This document shows, piece after piece, positions 12,377 to 26,100 of a DNA stretch of 64,000 nt. A program made the position numbers and the translations under genes. Origin of the DNA: Marsupella aquatica (lineage: Eukaryota; Plantae; Marchantiophyta); contig OZ316892.1 of assembly GCA_973895155.1 (NCBI GenBank), forward strand, positions 4,176,510-4,240,509, in the 5' to 3' direction. The notes below the pieces were generated by a model that saw only the letters and a list, made by a program, of their open reading frames with translations, searched no databases and was not told the DNA's origin. The first letter of the stretch is position 1. Each line of letters opens with the position of its first letter.

Positions 12377-12994
12377 TCTTTCGTGCAACGCACGGGCATG
12401 GGGCTAGTCCTCTTATATTAGTGCAGGACAACCATGTCATCCTCACCAAGAAATGGAAGTGCATAAGAGTAGAGCAGGTAGACCCTCACTAACAACAAAA
12501 TATCTGCACTAAACAACAAATACATAAGTGCATTTTTATCTATGAGTGTACACCTACATTTATCAGTTATTGCAATGAATGCATACATAAGAAGCATTAT
12601 TAATAAGTGTGGAACACTACATAAAGTAGTTTAATAAATGCACTTATCCAGTTAAAGTTTGCAATATGAGCCAGATCTTGGGGTATCAGAAGTCCTATGT
12701 GTGTGAACGACAACACAACTTACAGGAAAGGGTGCATAAAGAAAATAATGTCCAGTGCACTTATGGTGTAGTGCATTCCGTGGATAAGTGCTAGCTGGTG
12801 GTGTCTTCCCAGGAGCCTGCACTTAGACACGGTTCACTCACTGTAGATAATTGCTAGGATACGTTAAGTGTTAAATTGATAAATCATTTTAGTAGCACAT
12901 TGTAATTTAAGGCACTTGGCATATCTGGATTGTTGCCAGTCAAATTCACGGTTGACATAAGGAAGAATAAGAATTTTAAGGAGTTGTTATAATG

Positions 12995-13664
12995 TGTGAC
13001 ACCTGAATTTTTTGCAAAATCAATGGAAGATGGAAATAAGATGCAAAGTTCACGAATTAATTGCATTTTGGTACCCAAATGCCCAACTTTACCTTGCTGA
13101 CAATACTTATGAAGGACGCTTCTGAGAGGTGTCCCATGGAGACCAAACTTATGAAGGACGATACTCAGCGGAAGTTCGAAGACAGATTTTTGTTACCCAT
13201 TTACCCTAGTTATTTAGTGATCTTTTTCTACCTTAGTTTAGTACTCAATTTTTTTTTTTTTTTTTTTAAGTTTTGAAAAGGCATGACTTTTCATTTCCCC
13301 TTTTTATGCTCCACTTAGACCTATAAGATTATTGTTTTCCTTTTTGTTTTTTTAGTGAAGCTTGTATTCAGTATTGCAAACTTTTGCAAGTTTCCCTCCT
13401 TCCTTTGTAATCATTGCTTTTGAGAATGATTTATGAATGAAGTAAAACACTTCCTTTGTGATGTAATGAATTTATTTCAAAAGATTCCTGTTGGTGCTTG
13501 AGTTTTCATTACAGATTTCCAAGATCAGATGAATTCAAATTAGGATTGTTTGTGGGTCAAGAATCGCTAAGAATTCAATGATAAATGTGGATAAAAAGGA
13601 GCAAGATTCTGATTTCAGAATAGTTAGTACCGTTACCCTTACTTTGGCATACCCACTAGTGATA
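12995..13664 (+). repeat. 5' LTR, left part
   Basis: Matches the 3' LTR from TGTGACACC to CCCACTAGTGATA. Confidence 0.96.
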
Positions 13665-14519
13665 CACTAGAAGAATCCGAGGTGAACTGAGACCGCAATA
13701 TATGACTCATTTTGGCTCATGTGACTTCATTGTGACTCAACGTGACTTGACCCACGCTGTGACCCTTGGAGTTGCAAAAGTTGAGACCAAAAAATGGAAG
13801 TCACTATTGATACTGGGCTTTGCAACTTGCTTGATACCCATTTGTGACTGATCTGTGACTTTATTGTGGAGTCTAGCCTTGTTTCGACGTGACTGCAATA
13901 TGACTTCAGCGAGTCACATCGTAAGTCACATACATGACTTACCCGCATTCAACAACGACTAGCGTGTGACTATTTAGTGTCACAGGAGAGACCAATGGAG
14001 ACCCTGGCCCGCGTCACACAACAGAACCATTTGGGACTCTATATACTCATGTTTATAACTAATAAGGTTCACATGCAAGTTATAACCATGACTAATGAAC
14101 ACAGAGGGACAGTTCATAAGGAGAGAGAGCACTCGACATTACAATACATAGAAACCTGATGTTCTAACTTTAGAAATATAACACATTGAATACAAGAAAT
14201 GAACATAGCATGAATGACATCCACATGAAACAAAGCATCATATAAGCAGATCCTACATAAAACATTCATAAGAATTAAACACAATCACAATCTTGCTAAA
14301 AAATGAAGATCATTTGAATTCCAATGGAATAGTTTACAATGTGATCAATGTAATTTAGACAAAACAGGAACTCATAATTGATGACTGTAGGATGAGATAA
14401 CTGAAAGCACATGCATGATACTATGAATCTCCAAGAGGACATGATTCTTGTACTGCTTCTTGACATCTAAAATCTACATAACATGACTCACACTACAAAA
14501 AAATAATGGCATGACATTG

Positions 14520-17500
14520 TTATGGATCCTCTATGAACTTGCTTGGCCATAATACCAAAGAACCTGCAGCATCTCCAAGTGTCTTTTGAGGAGGATCATC
14601 ATTTGTGTTTGGAATGGGAAGGACAGCTTTAGGTTTCACTAGTAATGTGACTAACACTACTGAATAACCTGGGGGAATCCTCTTGCCATGGAACGTTGTG
14701 GAACCAACCTGCACTCTGGCAAATCCTACTCGTGTTCCACTCTCATCAACAGCTAACAAGCCACTTTGTCCCTCAGCATTAGGTGCTTTCCCCACTTCCA
14801 CCTTAGATCTTTCTGCCAGCACTGTTCTTGGAGGTTTGTATGAAACCTTTGACGTGGCTCTGCTCCCACCAGCAGACTTGCTTCGTGTGCGCATGCTTCC
14901 TCTCTTCACAGTAGTGAAGCTAGGCTCAGTAGGTTCCTCTGTTAGGACTGTCACAGTAGCAGGTTCATCACCTGGGAGTGTCATACCAACTAACTCTTTG
15001 GTTGGATTTATCTCAACAAGAGGCACACCTGTCATTGAGAATGATACATTCTGCAAATCATTTATCTCTGCAATGGAGTCAAGATCTACATAGCATGAAT
15101 CTGGCTCAATGGTATCATTGTCATGCTTGCTGATATCCTCATTTGCCCCAACATTGATATCATCCACTCCCTTGCCAATGTCATCCTCATCCAAACATGG
15201 TTGACTGCCCTCTGTCAAACAAGTTGCTTGTACAGACTGCAACTTTGTTGCCTCTAAATTACAGCGAGTATTTGCCAGGTTCTCATACTTCTTCTCTGTA
15301 GCACCTGTCTTATTCTCTATGGACACAACAACCACAATATATGTTACTGAAAATAACACATTCAACAAACAATGTCAATTCAAACTATACATTTAATAAT
15401 CATATCCCACACAGTTGTAAAGGCCTTACCTTCAAGCCTACATGTCGTTGGCATGCCAGAAGAGTGCATCGACTTTGCCACCTCAAGTGGTGATGGTGGA
15501 ACTCCTGCAGAATTGGAATCAATTTTATCTCTCACCGACACAACAGCTTCCATTAATGTCTTGAAGTTCACATGGAACAAGTCAGTCAATGAATTCAAAC
15601 GTTCATTGATCTCTGGAAGACATGTTTCGACAGCCTTCAAACGACCACTTATCTCTGTAAGTGAAGATCCACCTCCCTACATGACACAGGGGTATAGGTT
15701 CAATCACTCCATATGAAATGTTGGACAATATATGCACAATCAATGTTATATACAGTGTACACCTGAAATTCAACGCAGGTCATTCAATTACCAATCAGAA
15801 CTCATATAACTTACATGCTTGGAGGATTCAGATGCACCCTCTTGAGCCCGGGTGTTCACAATTTCAGCCCTCAACTCTTCTTTTGAAGGGCTTTGCCCCA
15901 ATTGGGCTTTCTGCACATGCATGGCAAACACAAGTTATCGATCAATATTCAGGGAACGTACACTAAAAAACAAAGTTTACATGTATGGGTTTACACTAAA
16001 AAACAGTACATAGTGTAGCATAAATTACATAGCTAGGCCATTCATTCTTACCAAACGTTTAGCTGTCGGTGCAGTGCCGGTCCTTCCTGTCAAATTAGGG
16101 TTCTGAACACTCAACCTGGCCTCGGTCATCTGTGAACTCTTCTTTTTTGAAGCATCTGTTACAAAATAAGCTACTAACCTTGCCCACACTTTATCATCAC
16201 AACTGGCTGGTGGAGGCATATCTGGCTTCTCCCCACCTTCCTTCCAAGCCTTATGCATTCTCCACCTCTCTTGCTTGATAATTTTACCTGCTGTACTCTC
16301 TAGGCAACCTATGTCCACGCCATCATCACTGCCCACATAATTCCATTTGGCAGCAACATTTTTACATACAGTCTTCCAATCTTTTGGATGCTGTTTTTTA
16401 AAATTAATAACACTCACATCTAACCAACGCAATACTTCAGCTTTCAAATCAGCATGCCATCGGTTCTTGCGAGGACACTCAGCATCCACCCATTGTCTCT
16501 CATTCAACTTTACGTTCCCTTTCTTTGTCACCTCCCCTCGTGCACTGCTCTCGGTAGTACTGGGCGTTGTATTGGCCACCCCTTCATTCACCCTACCTGG
16601 GGTTCTGAAGCCACCTGGGAAAATACAATGCCATTCATGCTTGAGAACTACATATAGCAGAATGGATGACGGCTACATTCAATGCTTCACTTCAAGAAAA
16701 ATTCTTCAAACATACATACCTGTAGCTCTGCCTGTAGATGCCTGTGCAGGGACTGCACTCTGAAATTGTTGCGACCCTGGACCACCTGTCCAGCCTAGTA
16801 CAGGGGCCGGATGATGTCACTTTCTAGGTATGTGTGTGCAAACATATGTACTGAAAACTAAGTACAAACTGTAGGAAAACAACTGAACATTCACCGACAT
16901 ACCTATCCCCCTTCCGTGCTGCATCTGCATAGGGGCATTAGTGAATACTTGAGTCGATGGTTCGACTGTCCAACCTGCACACATACATTTTCTATCATTA
17001 TACATGTGCAGAGTCCCCCCCACGTGAATGGACTCCACATATAATGAGTTCTTCCATTGCTGACAAGATCAGACATTACCTGCTCCTCTTCCAGCGTTTG
17101 TAGGTACTGAATTTTGATATCCCTGCCAATTACCTTCACCACCTTCCCAACCTTGTTCATTCCACGACCCACCACCATCCTCCCAACCTGGTTCAACCCA
17201 TGTCTGTCCTTGTGGACATTGGAACTGATCATTACTAGCATTTGCCCAATCAGGTTGGGCAGAATCTGCATGCAATGGCAGGTGGACAGAATTTCATGTT
17301 GTCTGAATCCAATACATCCCAAACAATGTCAAAAATTGATATGCAGTCTGAAATTCAGGAGTGCCATGCCTTCACAAAGAACTGGCATATAGATATATAC
17401 TCACATCCCCATGGTTGAGGTGGACGTCCATACCCACGAGATTGTGGGTTTGGACCTGCTCTGCCTCTACCATGGGCATAACCTAGAGCTTGCCCCCTGC

Positions 17501-18230
17501 CATAGTATTGGGCACCAGCCTGGGATCTACCACTACTACCACCTTGCCAACCTTGATCAGAGGTCAGCCCCCCCTGCTGGTATGGTGCATGCACAGGCTT
17601 CGAAGGCAAAACAGAACTGGCAGGACGCTGCATCACATCACCAACTACAATGTCAGGAACTAAGCAAGGTACATATGTGTAGTACTGAACATATGAAACC
17701 TCTAAACAAGAGTTTTTAACTCAAAACCTTGTTGGGAAAACTACTTACATGTTTCTTTTGGGGCTGCTCTGCAATGTATTCATCTTCATAACCCCCATCC
17801 TCATCCATTTCCTCTGGAAAATACTCATCATCTGCATCTTCTTGTCTAGTGTCTGCACTCACCTGTGCAGCATCAATGTCATCTCCACATTCTGCCATTG
17901 TAGGTACGACCTTCTTGCTCAACCTGTCACTCCGACGCACAGGCCCAGAGATAGTGCTGGTCACCCTTCTTGCGTACTCCTTTTGTTTCTTTGAAAATGC
18001 TGTGGCTCTGCGACATTCCAATATGAGAATACAGTCACAATTTCAGTGCCACATTGAACTATTCATGTCACACAAACTCAGCGGAGGGGTGTAGTTGAGA
18101 ATCGTTCCCTTACAATTCAGCCACATCCTTTTCCAGATCCAGTTCTGCAATTTTGGCTTTCACGTATGCTCGTTGTTCCATAGCTTTCCTTTCATACTCA
18201 CACATCTCTGTGTCACTCTGTTCCATCCTA
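14520..18230 (-). CDS. Second CACTA-2 gene (TnpA-like, multi-exon, DUF8039-like C-terminus); exon model approximate
   Basis: Minus-strand ORF pieces: CEYERKAMEQR N-terminus, ERWRMHKAW…VWARLVAYF…KSSQMTEAR (Transposase_24-like), FHGKRIPPGYSVV…TLGDAAGSLVLWP. Confidence 0.7.
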
Positions 18231-18334
18231 CTGGACCACAAAAACATGTCATCTATGGTCACCCCGTATAACACAATGCAACCACAATCACCAGGCATCC
18301 ATCCATACATCTGTGTTGCTTCATAATTACTTTA

Positions 18335-21300
18335 TTACACATCCTTCCCCTCACTAATGTCCATGCAAACAATTCACATTACTCATGGCACAGGCACACT
18401 GTTGGCATCTGCATCTCTGAATTCGCCTCCTTCAGCAAATGCATCTACCCTTGTCACAGGAATGAAGTCCCCGCTATCATGAACTACAGGCACTTGGTCT
18501 GAACGCCGACGATCAAAGGCACTATGAGAGTGTAAATGAAACTCAAGGTTTGATCCTTCCATCCGACGTTGCCTGGCCTATTTATGACACACTACACGCC
18601 AACCCGGGGAGTCTTCCACATCCAGGAAGAAAGCTTGCTCCACCTGACTAGGAAACACAAATGGCTCAGACCATTCGGGCAATTTCCCTCTGAAATTGGC
18701 CAGCAAGAAACCGTCGTTGTCTCTCTTCATGGTAGCCCTATTTCAAGCCAATCCTACCGCACCCATGAACCTTTCATAAGAATCACAGGACTGGACACCG
18801 CCCCATAGTCCAGAGCCCATATGTCAACTAATTCTCCCACATATCCCATCTCCATCCAGGCCCTGTCGTGATTGTGGCTCTGTTGCTCAAATACAGTGAT
18901 TAGCCCACAGTCATTCGTCACCCTGTAGGCACTGTCACCATCCTTCACTCGGAAGTGATTCCCATATGCTCTCATCCGTTTGTAAGTCTTCACTTTCAGG
19001 CTAGGGGCATTAGATAGTAGGTAAACATCTGCATCCATGTCTGGGTGGGTCTCGTGATGCTCTCTAATTGCCACTCTGATCCACTCCATGAAACCTGGAA
19101 AAGTTGTTCCTGCAGTGGGATGGGCCGCCTTCAATGACTCATACTCCCTGAACGAACAACCACATAGCATTAGCTTGGGTAAACATGAACAGGCTGAAGG
19201 AGAAAACCACACGAACACAACATTTAAGCTCATGAACTGGATTATAGCACATGTATGCACTCACTGTATCCAGGGTTCCATCACCACAGTGTTGTGCAAT
19301 ACAAAGTCATGTGCCAAGTCTCTCATAGATATGGTCAGGTTCTTTGTGGTTGCAGCCCCTTCCAGTACTTCACCTATCACCCCTTCCTCCTCATCAGAAT
19401 TCCACACCCTGGTCTTCACATGCTCATATTGTGCTATGTATTCGGTCAGAAATCCCAGAGTCTCATCCTTGATGTAACCTTTAGCCATGCTTGCTTCAGG
19501 TTTGTAATATGTTCTCACGTGACCTTTGAGTAGCTTCATGTACCGTTCCAAAGGGTACAACCAACGAGCACTCAAAGGCCTAAATTGGTGTAGCTCTTCC
19601 ACAACATGGACAAGTAGGTGGATCATGACATCAAAAAATGCGGGAGGAAAATAAATCTCCAGGTCACACAGCACCTGAGCGACATCTTCTGTCAGTTGTG
19701 GGAAGTGTGTTTCATCCCAAACCTTCACACAAATACGACGAAACACATCACTGAGTCGCAGGATCACAGTACGAACAGGCTTTTGCAACAGGCCCCTGAG
19801 GCATAAAGGCAACACCTGTTGCATCAACATATGGTAGTCATGGCTTTTCATACTACCAAGCTTTCTAGTCATGATATGCTTCTTGAAAGCACTGCCATAG
19901 TTTGAAGGAACCTTCAAAGAACTCAACCTCTGCACAAATAGTTCCCACTCTATGTCTGTCAGAACATAGGGCGCTTGGTACTTCAAGAGCACATCAACTC
20001 TGTGGGCATGTGGCCTCAACCAAAGATGGGGTTTCATTCCCCTCTGTTCAAGATCCAATCTCACTGAACCAGTGTCTTTCTCTCCACACAAGAATTTGAG
20101 TAGACTCTCACAAATATTCTTTTCAATGTGCATAACATCAATGTTATGTTTGCTTGGCTCAAACTCCTGCATCGTTGCAATGCAAAAGCGTCAGGAAATG
20201 CCTCAAGTTTAGTCTCTCTCTTCGAAATGAATGCACATGCTCTGAACCAAAACATGTATCCCAATTAGCATCAACTCCAAGAGGCTTACCCTCCAGTACT
20301 TGAGCTCCAAGTCCAATATGCTCAGTCTTTTTACACCATATTGCTTTATTGGATCACTCACTCCATCTTCCCTGCCCCCTCGTTTGATATAGTCATCCCT
20401 CAGTGCTCCCCACTGCCTGATCTCCTCTTTGGTCACTCGTGCCGGGGGTCCACGTTGCTCAATCTCATTGCCAAAGTGTGCAATCAGTGCCTGTCTTTCT
20501 CTGTAAGGGTGATCTGCCTTCAGAAAACGACGATGGCCCATGTATATCACTTTCTGCAGGGCTCTGGAGTACTCACTGGTGACATTGCGCCCACAGATAG
20601 TACAAGCACAATATCCTTTTGTTGTTTGGCCTGATATCATCCCATGGGCTGGGTAGTCAGCTATAGTCAGAATGACAATGGCTCTAAGGATGAATGGGTT
20701 TAACCTCCCAAGCCTCTGTAGGACATCATATGTGAGAACTCCTTCCTCCCAAAGCTTTCTCAATTCCTCCACTAGGGGAGCCAGAAACACATCTATGTTG
20801 GCAGATACAGCACTGTCTGGCCCTGGTATCAGTAGGACCATCAGAACAAAAAATCGCTTTGTAGTCATCCAAGGAGGAAGGTTATAATTCAAAATAGTTA
20901 CAGGCCAGCACGAAAATTTGTTGTTCTTGTCTCCAAATGGGTTTACCCCATCCAATGACAGCCCAAGTCTGACATTCCTCGGCTCAGCAGCAAATTCGGG
21001 ATACATCTCATCTATGAGTTTCCATTGCCTTGAATCTGCAGCATGTCGTTGTAGCCCATCATCACTTTTCTTGTCAGTTGCCCAAGTCATCATCTCCGAG
21101 ATGGCATGGCTTCTGAACATCCGCTGAAGTCTGGGAATGAGTGGAAAATGACGAAGTACCTTGGAGGGAACCATAGACTTTCCTGAGTTCCGATACCTAT
21201 GCTTCCCACACTTAGGGCATGTCAACGATTCTTTATACTCCTTTCTGAAAAGAACATGCCCATCAGGACAGGCATGGATCGAATCATAGTTCAATCCAAG

Positions 21301-22113
21301 ATTAGATATGCATCTTTTTGCCTCGTACATGTTCTTGGGCAAAATATTACCATCTGGTAGCACAGTTGTTCGCAAGAATGCCAACAACTCAGAAACCAAA
21401 ACGTTGGGGACATTGTGGTTGCCGCAAATGTTCAGGAACATGATGACAAATCCCAGTTTAGAACATTTGCTACCGGGGTACAAAGACTTCCTGCCTTCCT
21501 ATATTTGCAGGGGAGAGCCAAACATCCCATCATGCCCAGGGGTTTCCTGCCCTATCTCAAACTCATCAAGAGGCTCTTCGACAGGGGGCACACTTGCATC
21601 TGCAGCCGTATCCTCTTCGTTGTCCAACCCATCATGAAATGCATCCAAGTCTTGGAAGATGTCTCTCACCATCTCTTCCACATGAATTCCTTCGTCACGT
21701 GGTGCTGCCTGAGCACCATCCCATTGGAGAGCTGACAACCCACAAAGACCAGCTACAACATTTTCAAATGCACCAGGCAGAACCTCACTTGCCCGTCTTG
21801 CAGCATTGGCAGCATCAAATTCTAACCTCCACTCCTCATCGGAAGAATCTTCCTCTGCAGGATCATTCCAAACTCGATGTCGTGGATCTCTTCCATGAAC
21901 CGCGATATGCCGCCAAACCTCATTCAGACCCCTGGTACGGGATCCTTGGTAGATTGCACAAGGACATCTCATCCTACTGGCTCCTGAAAGTCTGGTTCGT
22001 AACCTTTCACGCTGCCAAAGCTTATTATCATGGCGTGATATCCTTGTGGGATGATGCAAAGGCAATGCCTGTGCCCTGGGCTGGGTCTGGGGAGGGTGGT
22101 GACCAGGGTGCAT
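18335..22113 (-). pseudogene. CACTA TnpD/Tnp2 transposase of CACTA-2, disrupted
   Basis: RCPCA…HIAVHG, RNVRLGLSLDGVNPF, NYNLPPW, ADYPAHG, IDVMHIEKN, MKSHDYH, FFDVMIHLLVH, WLYPLERYM; in-frame stops at 21499 and 18754; introns near 20170-20290 and 19148-19262. Confidence 0.94.
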
Positions 22114-23160
22114 TGTAACAGGCTGGGAGCTCTGCAGTCATGGACAGCAGTGAACAAGGATGCCTAATGGTGGTATTTGTGTTCCATATATCCCTGACTG
22201 TATCTGCCAAAAGAGTTAACATAAGGTGTACTAAATTCTCACAAACCCTAAACCACCCCAAAAGAAAAAAACAGGTTTGCAAGTAGTGTACCTATTGTCA
22301 AGTGAATGACACAAAATTCCTAAATGTTGGAGAGTGTCACCACCTCCTCCGCTGTCCTCAAATGTACCGCCTCTGCATGTACGTTTACAGTGACACCCCC
22401 AGGCAGCAGGAAACAACAATCCGCCAACAGTAAAATAAGCCCAACTGCCACCAACCATAACAAGGTACATTAGTTCAAAGATCACATTTATTTCAATGAT
22501 CTGATTTATACAAAAAAACTTGTGTCCAAACTGATGCTACTACTCCTCACTCTGATTCAGAATCGCTAATGACCCATTCCTCACTTGTTGTCTCATAGTC
22601 CTCTCTGTAAGGATCCTGACCCTTCCGTGGCCAGGCCTCAAAAAGATCATAGTCCATTGGGTTTTGACGCTTCCCAGCTGCTACTGATTCCACAAGCCAA
22701 GCATATGAAACCACAAACACATTATGGGACATGACATAAAAGCGAATGTCTCCCTTCCCAAACTTGCGGCAGGCTTTGGGATATGACTTAGTAATGACAT
22801 GAGTGGTGTCCTCTGTTATATTCTCCTCCACTGTCCCACCTAGGTCAAGCACTGTGGACTTGTACACTTTGCACTTAACCTCTCCAATTCCCGCCTCCAC
22901 AAATACCATGCTCAGCCCTTTCAGAATGGGGGTTGGTTGCTTCATCTCCTCAGCCAACATACTCTTCAGCCTTGTAGAGCTCTGTCCTTTGTTGAGTACA
23001 GGTCCATATTGGAGATCAGCAAGCCGTGCCTTTGCTTCCCAGACTTCTTGTTCAGCCCAAGCTGATGCAGTAGCTTCTTCATCCTCCCACAACTCATATT
23101 GCTCATATCCTGTACAATCTTATGTGCTATGGAATCTGTGATCCAAGAGGCCTCAACTAC

Positions 23161-26100
23161 TGTGGTGCGTCCCATGGCTCCCTAAACCCAAGAAACCCCC
23201 CAGCTCAAGCCGATTCCCGCAGGTTTCGTGCTTGGCGAGGCCGTTTCCGCGGCTTAGCAGCATGGGACGCTGCTAACCTTCTACTACTACTATTAACATT
23301 TTACACACATATACTGGACAGATCCTTCATCGGGTCATGAGATACGTAGCCGGCCTAATATAGGCCTTCCCCTGTCTTCCCCTGTCTTCCCCTCCGTCTT
23401 GTTAGGTATGTTTGGATTCCGCCGCCGGAATGATCCCCAATAGGCTTGGTTAAGCCGCTAAGACCTCTCTCAGCTCGACACATCCAACTCTCACTCCCCT
23501 GCTTACTTTCCTTCCTTCTGTTGATGTGGGCACTCTTCACACAAGTTAATGCGACACACAAATAGCAAAATGACTCATTCTGACTGAGTCATACCATGCA
23601 CTTGCCATACAAACAGTACATCTCATACACAAGTTCTGCGAACTAAGCCGTGAGGCCAACTCTATTCAGCTCTTAGGCATGAGGAAACATGAATATACAC
23701 AAGGGTCACTGTATGACTAACCGAGAGCTTCTCGTACTACTTGATCCCAGCCCGGCTGGTGCAAACTAAAAACTTGCTAAAGAAGAGGCCCTGAGCTCCC
23801 CGCTGCCCAGGTACTTATCCTGGTAGTGGATCCGCCATTCTTTGCATCGTAAGCCTAATCTACTTAACAGTAATCTACTTGCCCGAATCTACCTATGTAC
23901 AGCAAGGCAGGAGCACAAGTGTTGCTCCTACCAGTGGGACCGCAATCCCACTAAGCTAAGTGTCAGGGCCGCTCCTGGTTCTGATCCTAATCCTAAACGT
24001 GGAGATCCGCGCCCGCCCTGCCCACTCACGCCTCCTCCCTCCACGTCCGCCCTCCCTAAAAGGAACGGCGCCCTTGCACCGTCACGACACCGGTGGTGGA
24101 TCCTTAATGGACGCCCCCAACGCTTCCTCCTCAGCCATTGCCGTAGGTTCATTCTCTGACAGATTACCTGCCCTTGACTGAGTCAACTCTCCATCGGCCT
24201 GACTGGGTCCACCTTCGGCTTCAGCCTCGACACCGGCCTCGGCAATACCCACGGCTTCGGCCTCAGCCACTCCCACGGCTTCGGCCTCCCCTTCCCCTAG
24301 GGTAGTTGGATCCTTAGCCGTGACCCTGTCTGGGGTCGGTGCTGGGTCTACCTCCTTGATCACCACGGCCTGTGAAGTCGTATTACTCCTTGACCCTGAA
24401 GGTTTCCGCTTCTTCTTCGTTGGTGGCTCGGCAGCTGGTCCCTTCCCCTTCCCACTTACTTCCGGCACTGGTGCAGGTGGCGCGGCTTGTCCTTCGGCAA
24501 TTACCACCCCTGGTAACTGGTTTGTCCCAACGGGAGATGGACCTGCTGCAGCTAAGCATTTAAATACTGCGGCTTGTTTCTTCAGCCGCTCTGTTTGGTT
24601 GTCGGCCCGCCGCTGTAGGTTCTCCATCTTCCTCGTGATTTCCTCCAACTCCTCTTGGGTTTCATCCAGGTCCTTACGTGCCCCCTCCAGCTCGTTTTTG
24701 GCCTCCTCCTGCTCCCTGTGGAAAAAGGGTCCTACCTCCAACTCCTCTCCAAAGATGCCGAGCGCAAGTTCCCCACACATCTCACCATACTCCATGGCTC
24801 TATTCTTAGCGTAGGTGGAGTAAGTAGAAGTGATCGGCATCGCCCATCGTGGCCTCTGCTCCCAAGCCGTCCTGCGGATCTCTTCAATCGTGGCTAGAGG
24901 TTTGCTTCCTTTTTCGGCTAGCCGCCTGATGTCCTCCGGCCAATCTCCTCCTGGTAAATCCTTTTCCTTAGCCATGGCGGCCTCCTCCTCCTGCTTGATT
25001 CGCTCCTGAAATTCCTGCACCGTCTGTTTTATGCCGTCGAAGCTCGGGGGAGCAACATCTGGTGGGGGAGACTCAGGGCTACTCTGCTGGTTGGGGTCCC
25101 CTCGCACTACCCTTCGAAGTGTGGGGACAAACCGGCCACAGGTCCTTACTCCTGGAACGTGATGGTCCGACCCATAGCCGGAATTATCATGGCTGCAGTC
25201 CTCCACTGCCTCCTCTACCTCTTGGACGTCCGGCTTCTCCCTCTCCTCTTCGTCGGTAGGAGCTTCAGGCAATTCTGCCTCAGATTCGGAGCTTGAGGTT
25301 CCCACGTACATTCGAACACCTGGCTTGGATTCCGGCCTGATTCTCTCCTTGTCTCCAGCAAAGGGGTTTTCTCTTGTGAGCCGGTGTAGGCCTACCTCTG
25401 TAGTAGTGTCCTGCATTATTGCCGTTGCCGTTGTTGTTGCCGATGCCAATTTCTTTTCTTTCTCCAGTAGTTTCAGCAGACTCTGCATGCCTGGTTGGTG
25501 CATCGGCAAGTCTTCCTTCCTGGGCCTAAACACCTGCTCGATCGTAGGACTAACAGGTGGTTGAGGCTTCTCAGCCAACGGCCTCGGCGTTGGAGCTTCC
25601 TCGGGTGCCCTTACCTGCAGGGGAAGTACCGGGGCAAAAGTCTGACCTCTGGCATACCGGCACAACAGCGGCATGTGATAGCCAAGCCGCGACACGCTCC
25701 CCATGCCGATTACCTGCTGCTCCTCCTTTAAGATCTTCTTCAATTGGTTGAGGAGGTACCCGTTGTAGTCCCGGCTTGGGTCTGGCCTTTCTACCAGATA
25801 GACCTGTGCCTTCCCGATCTCTGTCCTCGGCAAGTTACAATGCATGGTCACCCGCAAGAAGTCGATCATCTCTCCTATGTGCGGGTTGGTGCAGGTGTTC
25901 CGGAAGAAGCCATTCTTCGTTGATGGCCCGGGGAACGATCGGAACTCCTTGTCAGGCAGGGTCTTCCTGGTATCAACTTTGGTCTTATTGCCTATCGGCA
26001 AGCCAAACACTTCGGCAATTACCTTGGGAGTAAGATAGAAATCCTTCCCATATATCCTCGTGCAATTGGTCTCGGGTTCCCATGACCCCACGAATTCTAA

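Larger units (their letters stand above)
11191..12407 (+). mobile_element. Helitron 3' portion
   Basis: PIF1-helicase C-terminus, then hairpin CGTGCAACGCACG (12382-12394) and terminal CTAG (12404-12407) followed by T. Confidence 0.93.

Noticed and set aside
12118-12492. ORFs with repeated SCPHL/ILPS peptides
   Set aside because: Translations of the minisatellite.
13061-13276. Duplicated small ORFs (also 39468, 34805, 40152)
   Set aside because: Chance ORFs inside the two LTR copies.
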